This document shows positions 8,159 through 17,874 of a stretch of 53,993 nt of DNA, one piece after another. The notes under the pieces are model-generated. The model had not been told where the DNA came from. It saw only the letters and a list, made by a program, of their open reading frames with translations, and ran no database searches. The position numbers and the translations under genes were made by a program. Numbering within the stretch: the stretch's first letter is position 1; every line of letters starts with the position of its first letter. The stretch is from Thermoprotei archaeon (lineage in GTDB: Archaea; Thermoproteota; Thermoprotei; Thermofilales; B69-G16), in the NCBI GenBank assembly GCA_003649235.1, contig QMRG01000001.1, positions 1 to 53,993 of the forward strand, in the 5' to 3' direction.

Positions 8159-8586
8159 GTTGGCGCGAAGTGTTCCTGGATATCATTGACCAGTTGAAGA
8201 CGGACTTGCAGAATCTTACGGATGGCAACGGCAACAACGTCTTTGCAGCCGTATACGTCGGCAGGAAATCAAAGCCGATACACTTTCCGTGTGCGTTTAT
8301 CTTTCCGGGCAGGGTACGACTCACGCCATCAACGGTTACGAAGTCCACGTATGAAATGAACGTCACGATACGAGTTGTGTCAAAGATTGCGGCAGGTGAG
8401 AGCGGCTTGAAGGACGTCCTGACACGTCTCGGCTACGTAGAAGACATGTTGAAGTCAGACCGCACATTTCACGGTTATGTCGATAACTTGGAGGTGGACA
8501 CAATAGAGACGGAGGTGTTTAGGCCTATGGTTAGGGAAAGGCACGAGGCAGAGCTCACTGTGAGGTTCATACGCTTCACAATGTAA
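8155..8586 (+). CDS. head-tail joining / tail completion protein
   Basis: ATGA overlap with the upstream gene. The call for this 143-aa ORF rests on position and size only. Confidence 0.4.
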   Translation: MSWREVFLDIIDQLKTDLQNLTDGNGNNVFAAVYVGRKSKPIHFPCAFIFPGRVRLTPSTVTKSTYEMNVTIRVVSKIAAGESGLKDVLTRLGYVEDMLKSDRTFHGYVDNLEVDTIETEVFRPMVRERHEAELTVRFIRFTM

Positions 8587-8604
8587 TGGAGGTGAGAGGT
8601 GAAC

Positions 8605-9570
8605 ATGGCAAGGTTTATCGGGCTGGCTGAAGAGTCGTCCTATGGCAATGCAGCCACGATCGATCACTGGATCGACGTCGTCAGTGAATCCATAACGTCA
8701 GACCAGCAAATGATCGACGTTGAGACTGCAGGACTCCGGGCAAGGCGCTACAGAGTCCCAGGACCATACAGAGTCGGAGGCAGCTTTGACATGGTAGTCG
8801 CGCCTGACAATATAACGCTGATACTCAAGGCAGCACTCGGTTCAGCAACGACAACTGACAGTGGCGGAGGCGCCTACAAGCACGAATTCACGCCGGCAGA
8901 CACGCTACCTAGCCTAACACTTGAAATCTGCCCAGATGTCGGCAGCCTCTCCAGACAGGTAGTCGGAGTCGGCATCACTTCGTTGGGCTTCGAGGCAACT
9001 GCCAGAGAGGTTTTAACGGCGTCAGTCGACGTCATTGGCCAGAAGGAGTCCCTTGTATCGCCATCCAGTCCAACGCTGCCCAGCTTGAGACCGTTTATCT
9101 TCTACGAAGGCGCACTTTCGCTCGGCGGCAGCGACGTTGCCAATGTCGAAGCCTTCCGCTTTACGATAGAGAATGACATACCTGATGATGCCTATGTACT
9201 CGGTAGCCGATTCCTACCAGGACTCAGAGTGCAGGGCCTAACAGTAAGCGGCGACATGGACGTAGCGTTCCTAAGCTGGGATCTCTACAAACGATTCTTC
9301 GGAAGTGCAACAGCAACGGAGCCACAAACGTCACTGGAGAGCGTCTCACTGACGTTGACGTTCACCGGAGAATCGACAGGAGACTCAACGTCTGGATACG
9401 AGAACTACAAGCTCATCGCAGAATTCCCGAAGGTGTACTTCGACACGTCAGAGGCGAACTTTGACAGACGTGACCGAATCGTGCAGTCGCTGGGCTGGAC
9501 GGCGATCTACGATTCGTCTAGTGGCTACATCTGCAAGATAACGGTCATAAACACGAGCTCAACGCCGTGA
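8605..9570 (+). CDS. major tail (tube) protein
   Basis: SD GGAGGTGAG (8588..8596) is followed after 8 nt by ATG 8605. The 321-aa beta-rich protein lies between head-tail joining genes and the chaperone/tape-measure genes. Confidence 0.5.
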   Translation: MARFIGLAEESSYGNAATIDHWIDVVSESITSDQQMIDVETAGLRARRYRVPGPYRVGGSFDMVVAPDNITLILKAALGSATTTDSGGGAYKHEFTPADTLPSLTLEICPDVGSLSRQVVGVGITSLGFEATAREVLTASVDVIGQKESLVSPSSPTLPSLRPFIFYEGALSLGGSDVANVEAFRFTIENDIPDDAYVLGSRFLPGLRVQGLTVSGDMDVAFLSWDLYKRFFGSATATEPQTSLESVSLTLTFTGESTGDSTSGYENYKLIAEFPKVYFDTSEANFDRRDRIVQSLGWTAIYDSSSGYICKITVINTSSTP

Positions 9571-10019
9571 TAGAGATGCCCTACCGAATAGAGATCATCG
9601 ACAATTACGATGAGTTCGAGCGTGAAGTCGAAGAGAAGATCGAGGGAATGGAAGAGCAGTTACAGTACTCGCAGGAAGAGCTCTGGCAAATGGCAGTCGA
9701 ACATCTTAGAGAAGAGGCACCGGTACGCACTGGTGAGTTTAGAGAGAGTCTCGTTGCGGAGGCGCTGGGAGCCATGGAGTGGTGGTTGCATTCCGAACAT
9801 CCGAAGGCACGAATGATCATTGAAGGCACAAGGGCATCGCCAGGACTGTACATCAAGAAGGAAAAGAAGAACGTTGGCAAGCGATTGACGTGGCGTTCAG
9901 GCCGCAGAGACATAGGCATGCATCCAGGAACACCCCCACATCCTGTTTTTCGGCGCACATTTAACTGGCTACTCCAGGTTATAAGGCGTCTTTTGGATCG
10001 AATCGCAAGATGGAGGTGA
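9567..10019 (+). CDS. HK97 gp10-like tail-component protein
   Basis: EEAPVRTGEFRESL matches the 'P.dTG.Lr.S' signature of the HK97 gp10 family. The start overlaps the upstream stop. Confidence 0.45.
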   Translation: MIEMPYRIEIIDNYDEFEREVEEKIEGMEEQLQYSQEELWQMAVEHLREEAPVRTGEFRESLVAEALGAMEWWLHSEHPKARMIIEGTRASPGLYIKKEKKNVGKRLTWRSGRRDIGMHPGTPPHPVFRRTFNWLLQVIRRLLDRIARWR

Positions 10020-10023
10020 GAAC

Positions 10024-10416
10024 ATGGCAGAGGAGTATCGTAGAATGAAGACGAAGGAGGTCGTCACATCGTCAGGAGCCCGATTTGTCATTCGGAAGAT
10101 GCCGCTCTCGGCCTTCCTGCAGATGATACAGATTTATGATAAGGTGCCACCAACAGAGGAAGGAGCGCGACAGATACTGCCAGACATCGTCAGGGTGATC
10201 CTACCAGCGTGTGTCGTCGAGCCACCTATCGGCGAAGGCCCTGATAAAATTTCAGTCGATGAACTCGATGCTGCCGATGCCTTTGAACTGATTGCAGCCA
10301 TTAACGAGTTCAGCGGCTTGACTGAAGCTGCAGAACGTCAGCGTCGGTCATTTCGCACGCAGCAAAGTAGGAAGGCTCGTAGGGCTGCTATGTCAACTAC
10401 CGCGACGCCCAAGTGA
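10024..10416 (+). CDS. tail assembly chaperone (gpG-like)
   Basis: SD GGAGGTGAG precedes the ATG. The 130-aa acidic protein lies immediately upstream of the tape-measure gene. Confidence 0.5.
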   Translation: MAEEYRRMKTKEVVTSSGARFVIRKMPLSAFLQMIQIYDKVPPTEEGARQILPDIVRVILPACVVEPPIGEGPDKISVDELDAADAFELIAAINEFSGLTEAAERQRRSFRTQQSRKARRAAMSTTATPK

Positions 10417-10426
10417 GGTGGTTCAG

Positions 10427-10552
10427 TTGGAGGGCTCCGACCTCGAAAAGTTCCTCTTTGATATTGCGATTTTGGGTGAAAGTCTATCCGTGCCAAAGCT
10501 ATCTACCAAGGAGAAAGTCCTTGCCAAACGTAGAATGCTAGGCCTGCGGTGA
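10427..10552 (+). CDS. small ORF between chaperone and tape measure (possible gpT-like extension or independent 41-aa protein)
   Basis: The +1 frame is open 10370..10552. GAGGTGG (10415..10421) is followed after 5 nt by TTG 10427. The product MEGSDLEKFLFDIAILGESLSVPKLSTKEKVLAKRRMLGLR looks protein-like, and the stop overlaps the tape-measure GTG. Confidence 0.35.
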   Translation: MEGSDLEKFLFDIAILGESLSVPKLSTKEKVLAKRRMLGLR

Positions 10553-13242
10553 TAAGTGTGTCGACGTCGACAGCCATCCTAGACATTATCATACGCTGGA
10601 TTCAAATTGGAGGTGAAATACCTAAGTTACTCGCAAAAGATCTTGCCATTTTACGGGGTCGTATCGAGGCAACAGACGCACAGGTCATTGAAGCTGCACG
10701 TAACCTAGGTCAGTTCGCTGCCCGACAATTGATCTTGCGCGACCTTGCCAAGGCTAGTGGTAAGTCGTTCCAAGATCTGTCGCGAAACATTTGGGATTTG
10801 TATGCGATTGCAGAAGAACTTGGCCGAAGACTTGGTGTACCTTTTGAAGACATGTACGATGCCATCCGCATGGCTCTTCCGAAGATGGGTGCCCAGCTCG
10901 ACTATTTGAGACAGCAAGTAACTGAAGGTGCCAAAGACCAAACGCGCGCAATGCGAGGCATTGGCATTATTGCTGATGCAATTGCCGAACAGATCAAAGG
11001 AGTATCTGCGCCGAAGATCACTATGGCACTTCAGCGTATGCGGCAAGTGTTCGGCTTGACACGTGACGACATCATAGATGCATTTTGGGTTGCGGCAAAG
11101 GCTCAGGCGCGAACGGCAGACATGATGACTGGGCGCGTTACTGAATTGGCGAAAGCTATTCGATCACGTACTGGTGAGATCGATGCTGCTTTTCGGACAC
11201 GTTTAGCAAACCTTAGGGATCAGATGACTCGTGATCTGTCGCATTTGAAAGAAGACACAGAGAACATTATTTCGGAGCAGGAATGGCTAAGGGATGCTGC
11301 GATACGAGCATGGGAGTCAGTAGCCCGGGCAACAGAGAAAGTTCAGAAGCCCATCACTGACGTGACACAGATGACCGATGAGATGAAGCAGCAATACAGA
11401 GAATGGATGGAGCAACAACTGCAGGCACAGAAGGCTACACAACAAACAGGTCAATCGATAGAGCAGAACGTTGTGAGGCTTTTCAAGAAGGGTGCAGACG
11501 AATCCGACAAGATCGCTGATGCAATAGCCAATATCGATTGGGAGGCGTTTCGGAGTGCTCTCGAGAAGAACAAGCCTGCATTGCAGAAGATGGTTGCAGG
11601 TCAGGAGCTGACACGAGAGGAAGCACTGAAGTTCTTAGCGGCATTAGAACAAGCCATACCCGGCATCTGGGACTTAATGAGAACGTTGGGCGTTCACTTT
11701 GAGAAGATGCGGTTCTTAGGCAAGACCTACGATGAGACAACGGCTCTCTGGAGAGATTTGTCGAGCGCATGGGAGAAAGGAGCAGACGCAGCGGCCAGAT
11801 CGATATACGATCTTGCAAGCGAGTATGCAACGGCCGACAAATACATTGAGCAGGTCGCACGTCGACTTGTTCAAACGGGTGGCGAGCTTGACGACTGGAG
11901 CAAGAAGGCACTGAAGTCCGCTGCTGAGACGCTGGGCTGGCGTGAGGCTTCCGATCGACTAGCCCGGTCAATTGTCAGATTTAGGCGCGAATCCGGTCGA
12001 ACATCGCGTGAAACAAATCGATTTACGATTTCACTGTATCGTGCAGGATGGCGTGTCGGCTTCTTCGGCTGGATTCTCAGTTATTCAGGGCGCTCGGTAA
12101 TACGGTGGGGTCAGCAACTCACAGGCACCTTCAGGAGGATACTGGACACCATCGGCAACCTAGAACGGAATGTTGATACGCTTGCAACAGCAATAGGACT
12201 GCTCGGTGCAACTGGACTCGGAACAGCTGAAGAAATAGGCAAGCTTCGCGAAACCCTTGGACAGATGCCCGACATTGCCATGTTTGCACAAGCAATGTTG
12301 TCAGGGCTTCAAGGAGCATTCCTCGCGCTCTTGACGAATGTCATAGGTCCACTACGTCCACAGCTCGAGGAACTCTTTCGTGCCATCTTCGCACTCCTCA
12401 CCGATCCGCAGCTCATCCAGGCCATTCAAAACTTGGCTAGCACCTTCATCGACGTGTTGCTACCAATCTTCCCAGACATCAAAGCTGCCGTCCTTGACGT
12501 TATCGGCCTCGTTCAGCAACTCCTACCACTGATTGCACCGATCATTCCACTACTGATCCGCATTGCACCTCTGCTCGTCGGCATAGGCTCAGCTGCATGG
12601 GCCTTAGGCCCAGCATTCACAGCAGCAGGTAGCGCCGTAAAACTGTTTTCGACACTCATGAACAACAAAGTAAGAATCATCGCGGCTTTCGGGAAAACCA
12701 TAGGTGGACTGTCGGCTGCTCTGACATTTCTCGCACATCATCCGCTAGTTGCCGCAGCAGCCGTCGTAGCCCTAATCGGAGTGCTCTGGCACCTCTACAA
12801 TACGAATAAGGATGTGCGGAATGCAATCGACGGGCTCATCGATACGCTGAAAGAGCTGCTGCGTACACTGAGCCCGCTAAAGGATGCGATTCAGGGCGCA
12901 GTGAATGCACTTGGCAGCTTCGGTCAAGCAGTAGGCAGTGCGCTTGGTTCGGCATTAAACTTTATACGAAACATTTGCATTGCACATACGATGCAGGACA
13001 TTGCAGAACGAACGGCCGAAGCAACTTCCATGTTACAGTCGTTCCGAAGTGAGCTCAATCGTACAGGCTCAGCAATAGAGAGTGTGACGGGTCCAGGCGC
13101 CACCTTTGGCTCACCTGCACAAGTCGTGTATATTTACCCATCGATAACAATCGGAACCGTGAGTTCATCCGTCGACCTCGAAGAAGTTCAAGACACAGTT
13201 AACCGAGGAATAGCCGAAGCAATAAGGAGTAGATTGCCATGA
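10549..13242 (+). CDS. tail tape measure protein
   Basis: 897 aa, largely helical, with a hydrophobic G/A/L/I-rich block near the C-terminus (..LLPLIAPIIPLLIRIAPLLVGIGSAAWALGPAF..). Canonical position after the chaperone. Confidence 0.75.
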   Translation: MISVSTSTAILDIIIRWIQIGGEIPKLLAKDLAILRGRIEATDAQVIEAARNLGQFAARQLILRDLAKASGKSFQDLSRNIWDLYAIAEELGRRLGVPFEDMYDAIRMALPKMGAQLDYLRQQVTEGAKDQTRAMRGIGIIADAIAEQIKGVSAPKITMALQRMRQVFGLTRDDIIDAFWVAAKAQARTADMMTGRVTELAKAIRSRTGEIDAAFRTRLANLRDQMTRDLSHLKEDTENIISEQEWLRDAAIRAWESVARATEKVQKPITDVTQMTDEMKQQYREWMEQQLQAQKATQQTGQSIEQNVVRLFKKGADESDKIADAIANIDWEAFRSALEKNKPALQKMVAGQELTREEALKFLAALEQAIPGIWDLMRTLGVHFEKMRFLGKTYDETTALWRDLSSAWEKGADAAARSIYDLASEYATADKYIEQVARRLVQTGGELDDWSKKALKSAAETLGWREASDRLARSIVRFRRESGRTSRETNRFTISLYRAGWRVGFFGWILSYSGRSVIRWGQQLTGTFRRILDTIGNLERNVDTLATAIGLLGATGLGTAEEIGKLRETLGQMPDIAMFAQAMLSGLQGAFLALLTNVIGPLRPQLEELFRAIFALLTDPQLIQAIQNLASTFIDVLLPIFPDIKAAVLDVIGLVQQLLPLIAPIIPLLIRIAPLLVGIGSAAWALGPAFTAAGSAVKLFSTLMNNKVRIIAAFGKTIGGLSAALTFLAHHPLVAAAAVVALIGVLWHLYNTNKDVRNAIDGLIDTLKELLRTLSPLKDAIQGAVNALGSFGQAVGSALGSALNFIRNICIAHTMQDIAERTAEATSMLQSFRSELNRTGSAIESVTGPGATFGSPAQVVYIYPSITIGTVSSSVDLEEVQDTVNRGIAEAIRSRLP

Positions 13243-13586
13243 GTTGGCAAATTGAGTCCGTAACACTTCCACTTCCGCCGAGAACTGTTACGGTGAAGTA
13301 CGCGGCAGCAGTGAAATCTGTCAACATGCCAGGCTCACTACCCTACATTATGAGTTTTGGAAAGCAAGCCGTTACGATGACATGGGAAGGCTACCTGACA
13401 GACAAGTCACTCGTTGACGATTTAGCCGATCTCGTCTACAAGCAGGTTACCGTTGCGACTCCGGATACAAACTACAACGGCGAGTGGATTCTCGCAAGTT
13501 TCACGTGGCGAGAGAGAGGCGGACGCGTCAACGATGTGGAATACCGCCTCGAGTTCATAAAGGGAAGTGACTACACGGTGATGTAG
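13239..13586 (+). CDS. small distal-tail/baseplate protein
   Basis: ATGA overlap with the tape-measure stop. The function of this 115-aa ORF is inferred from position only. Confidence 0.4.
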   Translation: MSWQIESVTLPLPPRTVTVKYAAAVKSVNMPGSLPYIMSFGKQAVTMTWEGYLTDKSLVDDLADLVYKQVTVATPDTNYNGEWILASFTWRERGGRVNDVEYRLEFIKGSDYTVM

Positions 13587-13587
13587 C

Positions 13588-16500
13588 ATGCCTGGCTGGA
13601 AAATCGAATATTACGACGACGCATCCTGGCAACCGTTAGCCGGCATCATCGAACATATAGTCGAGGAGCTTAACGGTCACAAAGAGGCGGTCTTCAGGCT
13701 ACCAAATACATCGGCAAACAGATCACTTGTCGTATCTGATCGTCGTGTTCGCATAAGCTTCAATGGCACCGTTCTCTTCCAAGGCATTCTTTCAGCCGTA
13801 AAATACTCACAGGACTACCTGCAATGCAAGGCCTACGACGAGTGCATCGTGCGGATGCAATCGAAAGTCTTCACGGGCACCTACGACAGTACACCTGCGA
13901 ATACGATTCTGCAAGCCATTTGTGACGAAGCTGGCGTCACTGCAGGTAGCTGTCCGACAACGTCAGTATCTGTGCGTTTCGACTACACAATTTGCTTCGA
14001 TGCAGCTACCTTTCTCGCTGATGTACTGAATTCCGACTGGTGGACTGACTACGACGAATACGGTAATCCACGATTCAATATCGGAGCGAGAGGCTCAGAC
14101 AAGGGCACACTGTCTTACATTTCTATTTCGAGACGCGGTATCGACCGGTCCAAGAAGCGTACGAAGGTCATCATCCGTGGAGTGGACAAGGACGGTAACA
14201 CCATTTATGGAGTCGCAGGCTCAGGCGACAGCGTTGCCGTGTTTACCGAGAAGAAGGCGTCTGACGTTGCCACATTGAATTCACTTGCCGCGAAGAAGCT
14301 CGCCGAACTGAACAAAGAATCGAGCGGCGTATCTGTTACCGTAAAGATCACAGATGGTTACGATCTCTATCCTGGCGATACTGTAACGATCTCAAACGAG
14401 CACTTGAACCTGTCGGGCAGCTACCGCATCTGGAAGATCACCAAGAAGTTAGCTGTATGTGCAGTTGAAGTTGACAGAGCAGAAGCCGTTCTTGAGAAGT
14501 ACATCAAGGAGACTCGACAGTACGAAGATCTGGGAATTTATCCGGTGGCATCCTCGCAGCTCGACAATCCTCCAGGTCCACCTTCCGCTCCAACTGGTTT
14601 AACTGCAACATCCGAACCAGGCGCCATTCGTCTGCAATGGAATGCGAATACTGAAGCCGATTTAGATGGCTACATCATCTACAGGGATACGTCGTCTCCT
14701 GCAAGCACGGAATACGTTAAGACCAGTAGTACGGTCTTCGTTGACACGAATGTTGAAGTTGGCACAACGTACTACTACCGCATCAAGGCATATGACAGAG
14801 CAGGCAACCTTTCAGACTTTTCATCCGAGGTGTCCGCCTCTCCACAACCTCTTAGTGAAGGTTTAGACTATCCTGAAGGTCCACCAGCAACTCCAACAGG
14901 ACTCATTGCAACTCCAAGCATTAAGGGTATTATCCTTGAGTGGGATCCGAATACCGAGGCAGATCTCGATCACTACGTTATCTACAGAGGAACGTCGTCA
15001 TCACCTACTACAGAATATGCGAGAACCGCATCGACAATCTTCGTAGACAATAAGGTCGACTATGGAACCACGTATTACTACCGCATTAAAGCCGTAGATA
15101 GAGTAGGCAATGCCTCAGACTATTCGGATGAAGTGTCGGCATCTCCAGTGAAAGTTGACTCACTGGACATTGCGCCAGATGCCGTCGAGTCTGAGCATAT
15201 TCTTGAGGAGGCCGTCAAGGAGGCTCACTTACAAGATGGTGCAGTTACACCACGAAAACTTCTCGTGTCAGCGATCTTCCTGGATGGAATTGCGTTCACT
15301 GATAACAGTCCAAGTTCGGGATACGTTAGCTGGACATCAGGCACACTTTACTACGAAGGTGTGGCATACTCTATCAACTCCGGTTACACAAACAAGAAGT
15401 ACATCTACTGGGAGAAGCCGAATACGTCGTTCTCGGTGTCGGACACGAAGCCATCATGGGCGCCTGACAGATTCTTGATTGCTGTTAACGAGGACGGAAC
15501 ACATACACTCGTCTGGAATGCAACGCTTATTCATGGCGGATCGATAATCACTGGCACGATAACTGCGCAGGAGATAAAGTCACGAAGCATTACGGCAGAC
15601 AGGATTGCAACGAACACGATAACGTCGAATGAAGTCCTGAACATTTCGTCGGACAAAATCGTCATAAGTGGTTCGGTGTACCTATCGGACTGGAGACATC
15701 CTTCCGATGTGACCAAGATTGACGGTGGACAGATCTATACGAGTTCAATCACGGCCGATAAGCTGTCCTTCCCTGCGTTTGACAAGAGCTCAGATACACT
15801 GGACGACATTGCAGATGGCTCCACGTACAGGAGAGTGAAAAGTGCAGCACTCAGTGCAGATGGCTTTGTGTTGCTCGATGAGACGATAGACGGCACGTAT
15901 GGAAAGGTTCTTGCATCGGACATACAAGCAGGACACATAAAGCTCAGTACAACAGTCAAGGACGGACGGTGGTACGACGAGAGTGGAGTCATCATCGACG
16001 CTGATGAGGGAATCCAGATCTATGGCGGAGCAGGTGTCATGGGGCTCACTACACGGAGTTCGAAGGACGGCGACATACAGTGTTATGTAGGAACCGACGG
16101 AAAGTTCTATGCTGGAGGCGGCGACGTTGTACTTGACACGAATGGCATAACCATCTACGGTGAAAGGATTCAGTTCAGAGACGCGTCATCCCTCGAACTG
16201 TCAGGGCAAATCTACGGCTCCGGGCCTGCACTCGTCATTACGACAGGTTCCGGCGGCAACCTTGTCCTGAATCCGTCAGGCGACGTAATGGTTGACGGCG
16301 ATCTCGAACCAATGGGCACGTATAACATTGGGTCACCGAGCAACAAGTGGAATGAGATCTATGCGGTGTCACTGGTCGTCGATGGACAAACGATTGGTGG
16401 TGACCTGGGTGTTTCAGGCACGCTCAGCGTCGACGAAATCAAGGAGTACACATCAGGCGCGAATGTTACGTTTTTGAACAGTGTACTGCCAGGAGGCAAT

Positions 16501-17874
16501 GCAACACTCGACCTTGGTAGCAGCAGTGCAAAGTGGAAGAATCTCTACGTAGCAGGCTTCGGAGACTTAGGCTCACTGAAAATCGGAGAGACCGAAGTCA
16601 TTACAAGTGGAAGGGTATTGCAGAATTTCGCTTCGATAGCTCAGACCCTGCTTCCAAGCTCAGATAGTGCCTATGATTTAGGTAGCTCAAGCTATAAATG
16701 GAGAAATGGTTACATAATCACTAACGTAATCGGTTCTGGAGTGTCGCTTCCGAATGGCATTTCTGGAGAATTGCATGTTGGCTGGAGAAAATATACTTCG
16801 TCTGGTGACTACGAGATCAGCAGAATAGCAATACAACCACCGTTTCATACGGGAGGACCGTTCAGAGTGTTTGCGAGAGACGACCCATCTAATGCACATC
16901 TCGCTTTGAAATATGGCACTAACAAAATTTTCGAAATACGTCATAACGGCTTGTTGTGGCTTTTCAATACTGCCTATCTAAGAACAATTCTTCCATATTC
17001 CGATAATTCCCATGATCTTGGTTCTTCAAGTTATAGATGGCGTAACCTTGAACTTTCAGGTTACGGCAACCTCGGAAGCTTGAGGATTAGCGGGACTGAA
17101 GTCATCACAAGCAGTAGAGTTCTTCAGAATGTCTCTGCTGACGCTGGCATAATTACGAGCGGAGTTTTCGATGTAGCTAGGATTCCAAACCTAGATGCTT
17201 CCAAGATCACTTCAGGAGTCTTCGATTTGGCTAGAATTCCTTCAATTGACTGGTCCAGAATGCCATTTGACACCTGGAGCGAACTCCTCGACGAAATCGG
17301 CAACTCTGTAGGCGACTACCTCAACTTGACCTATCTGCAAATCGGCGGCTCAACCGTCATCACCAGTGGACGCTCCATCAAGAACATTTCGTCTGTTGCT
17401 CAGGCATGGATTCCGGACGGCAACAGTACAAGAGACCTTGGCTCATCGAGTTACCAGTGGCACAATTTGTATCTGGGCGGATCGCTTATCATAGGTGGCG
17501 ACACAAATCTTTATAGATCCGGCTCGAACATACTGAAGACGGACGATCACTTCGATGCGCTATCCCTGAAAGTCGGAGGAACCGAGGTTGTCTCAAGTAG
17601 CAGAGTCCTCCGTAACATTAGTTATGTTGATCAGACGCTGTTGCCGCTTACAGGCGGCTACTACAACTTAGGTTCGTCGGACCTCAAGTGGAATAAAGTC
17701 TATGCCAATCACTTCTATGGGACTGCTCACTATGCCGACATTTGCTTCCAGGATCTCGAATGTCCGATATGTCACCGTAAGTTCGAAGTCGGTGATCAGC
17801 TCGTGTTAACGGTTCTCGAGGTCACAGACAAAGAGATCAGGTGTCAGCCAGCTCACTTGGAGTGTGCATCCTGA
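13588..17874 (+). CDS. tail fibre / receptor-binding protein with hub-like N-terminus, two FN3 domains and fibre repeats
   Basis: 1428 aa. It has two tandem FN3-like modules, six copies of the (L/I)GSxSxKWxxxY fibre motif, and the C-terminal motif DLECPICHRKF..CQPAHLEC. Confidence 0.75.
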   Translation: MPGWKIEYYDDASWQPLAGIIEHIVEELNGHKEAVFRLPNTSANRSLVVSDRRVRISFNGTVLFQGILSAVKYSQDYLQCKAYDECIVRMQSKVFTGTYDSTPANTILQAICDEAGVTAGSCPTTSVSVRFDYTICFDAATFLADVLNSDWWTDYDEYGNPRFNIGARGSDKGTLSYISISRRGIDRSKKRTKVIIRGVDKDGNTIYGVAGSGDSVAVFTEKKASDVATLNSLAAKKLAELNKESSGVSVTVKITDGYDLYPGDTVTISNEHLNLSGSYRIWKITKKLAVCAVEVDRAEAVLEKYIKETRQYEDLGIYPVASSQLDNPPGPPSAPTGLTATSEPGAIRLQWNANTEADLDGYIIYRDTSSPASTEYVKTSSTVFVDTNVEVGTTYYYRIKAYDRAGNLSDFSSEVSASPQPLSEGLDYPEGPPATPTGLIATPSIKGIILEWDPNTEADLDHYVIYRGTSSSPTTEYARTASTIFVDNKVDYGTTYYYRIKAVDRVGNASDYSDEVSASPVKVDSLDIAPDAVESEHILEEAVKEAHLQDGAVTPRKLLVSAIFLDGIAFTDNSPSSGYVSWTSGTLYYEGVAYSINSGYTNKKYIYWEKPNTSFSVSDTKPSWAPDRFLIAVNEDGTHTLVWNATLIHGGSIITGTITAQEIKSRSITADRIATNTITSNEVLNISSDKIVISGSVYLSDWRHPSDVTKIDGGQIYTSSITADKLSFPAFDKSSDTLDDIADGSTYRRVKSAALSADGFVLLDETIDGTYGKVLASDIQAGHIKLSTTVKDGRWYDESGVIIDADEGIQIYGGAGVMGLTTRSSKDGDIQCYVGTDGKFYAGGGDVVLDTNGITIYGERIQFRDASSLELSGQIYGSGPALVITTGSGGNLVLNPSGDVMVDGDLEPMGTYNIGSPSNKWNEIYAVSLVVDGQTIGGDLGVSGTLSVDEIKEYTSGANVTFLNSVLPGGNATLDLGSSSAKWKNLYVAGFGDLGSLKIGETEVITSGRVLQNFASIAQTLLPSSDSAYDLGSSSYKWRNGYIITNVIGSGVSLPNGISGELHVGWRKYTSSGDYEISRIAIQPPFHTGGPFRVFARDDPSNAHLALKYGTNKIFEIRHNGLLWLFNTAYLRTILPYSDNSHDLGSSSYRWRNLELSGYGNLGSLRISGTEVITSSRVLQNVSADAGIITSGVFDVARIPNLDASKITSGVFDLARIPSIDWSRMPFDTWSELLDEIGNSVGDYLNLTYLQIGGSTVITSGRSIKNISSVAQAWIPDGNSTRDLGSSSYQWHNLYLGGSLIIGGDTNLYRSGSNILKTDDHFDALSLKVGGTEVVSSSRVLRNISYVDQTLLPLTGGYYNLGSSDLKWNKVYANHFYGTAHYADICFQDLECPICHRKFEVGDQLVLTVLEVTDKEIRCQPAHLECAS
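14568..15150 (+). repeat. tandem FN3-domain duplication inside the fibre gene
   Basis: The first copy reads PPGPPSAPTGLTATSEPGAIRLQWNANTEADLDGYIIYRDTSSPASTEYVKTSSTVFVDTNVEVGTTYYYRIKAYDRAGNLSDFSSEVSASP. The second reads PEGPPATPTGLIATPSIKGIILEWDPNTEADLDHYVIYRGTSSSPTTEYARTASTIFVDNKVDYGTTYYYRIKAVDRVGNASDYSDEVSASP. Confidence 0.85.
16326..17706 (+). repeat. six dispersed fibre repeats (L/I)GSxSxKWxxxY
   Basis: The six copies are IGSPSNKWNEIYA, LGSSSAKWKNLYV, LGSSSYKWRNGYI, LGSSSYRWRNLEL, LGSSSYQWHNLYL and LGSSDLKWNKVYA. Most are followed by G(D/N)LGSL(K/R)I(G/S)xTEVITS-type segments. Confidence 0.8.

Noticed and set aside
10413-10541. A classical -1 frameshift extension (gpGT) of the tail chaperone was considered.
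   Set aside because: The -1 frame translates to VRWFSWRAPTSKSSSLILRFWVKVYPCQSYLPRRKSLPNVEC, which does not look like protein sequence. No slippery heptamer is present.
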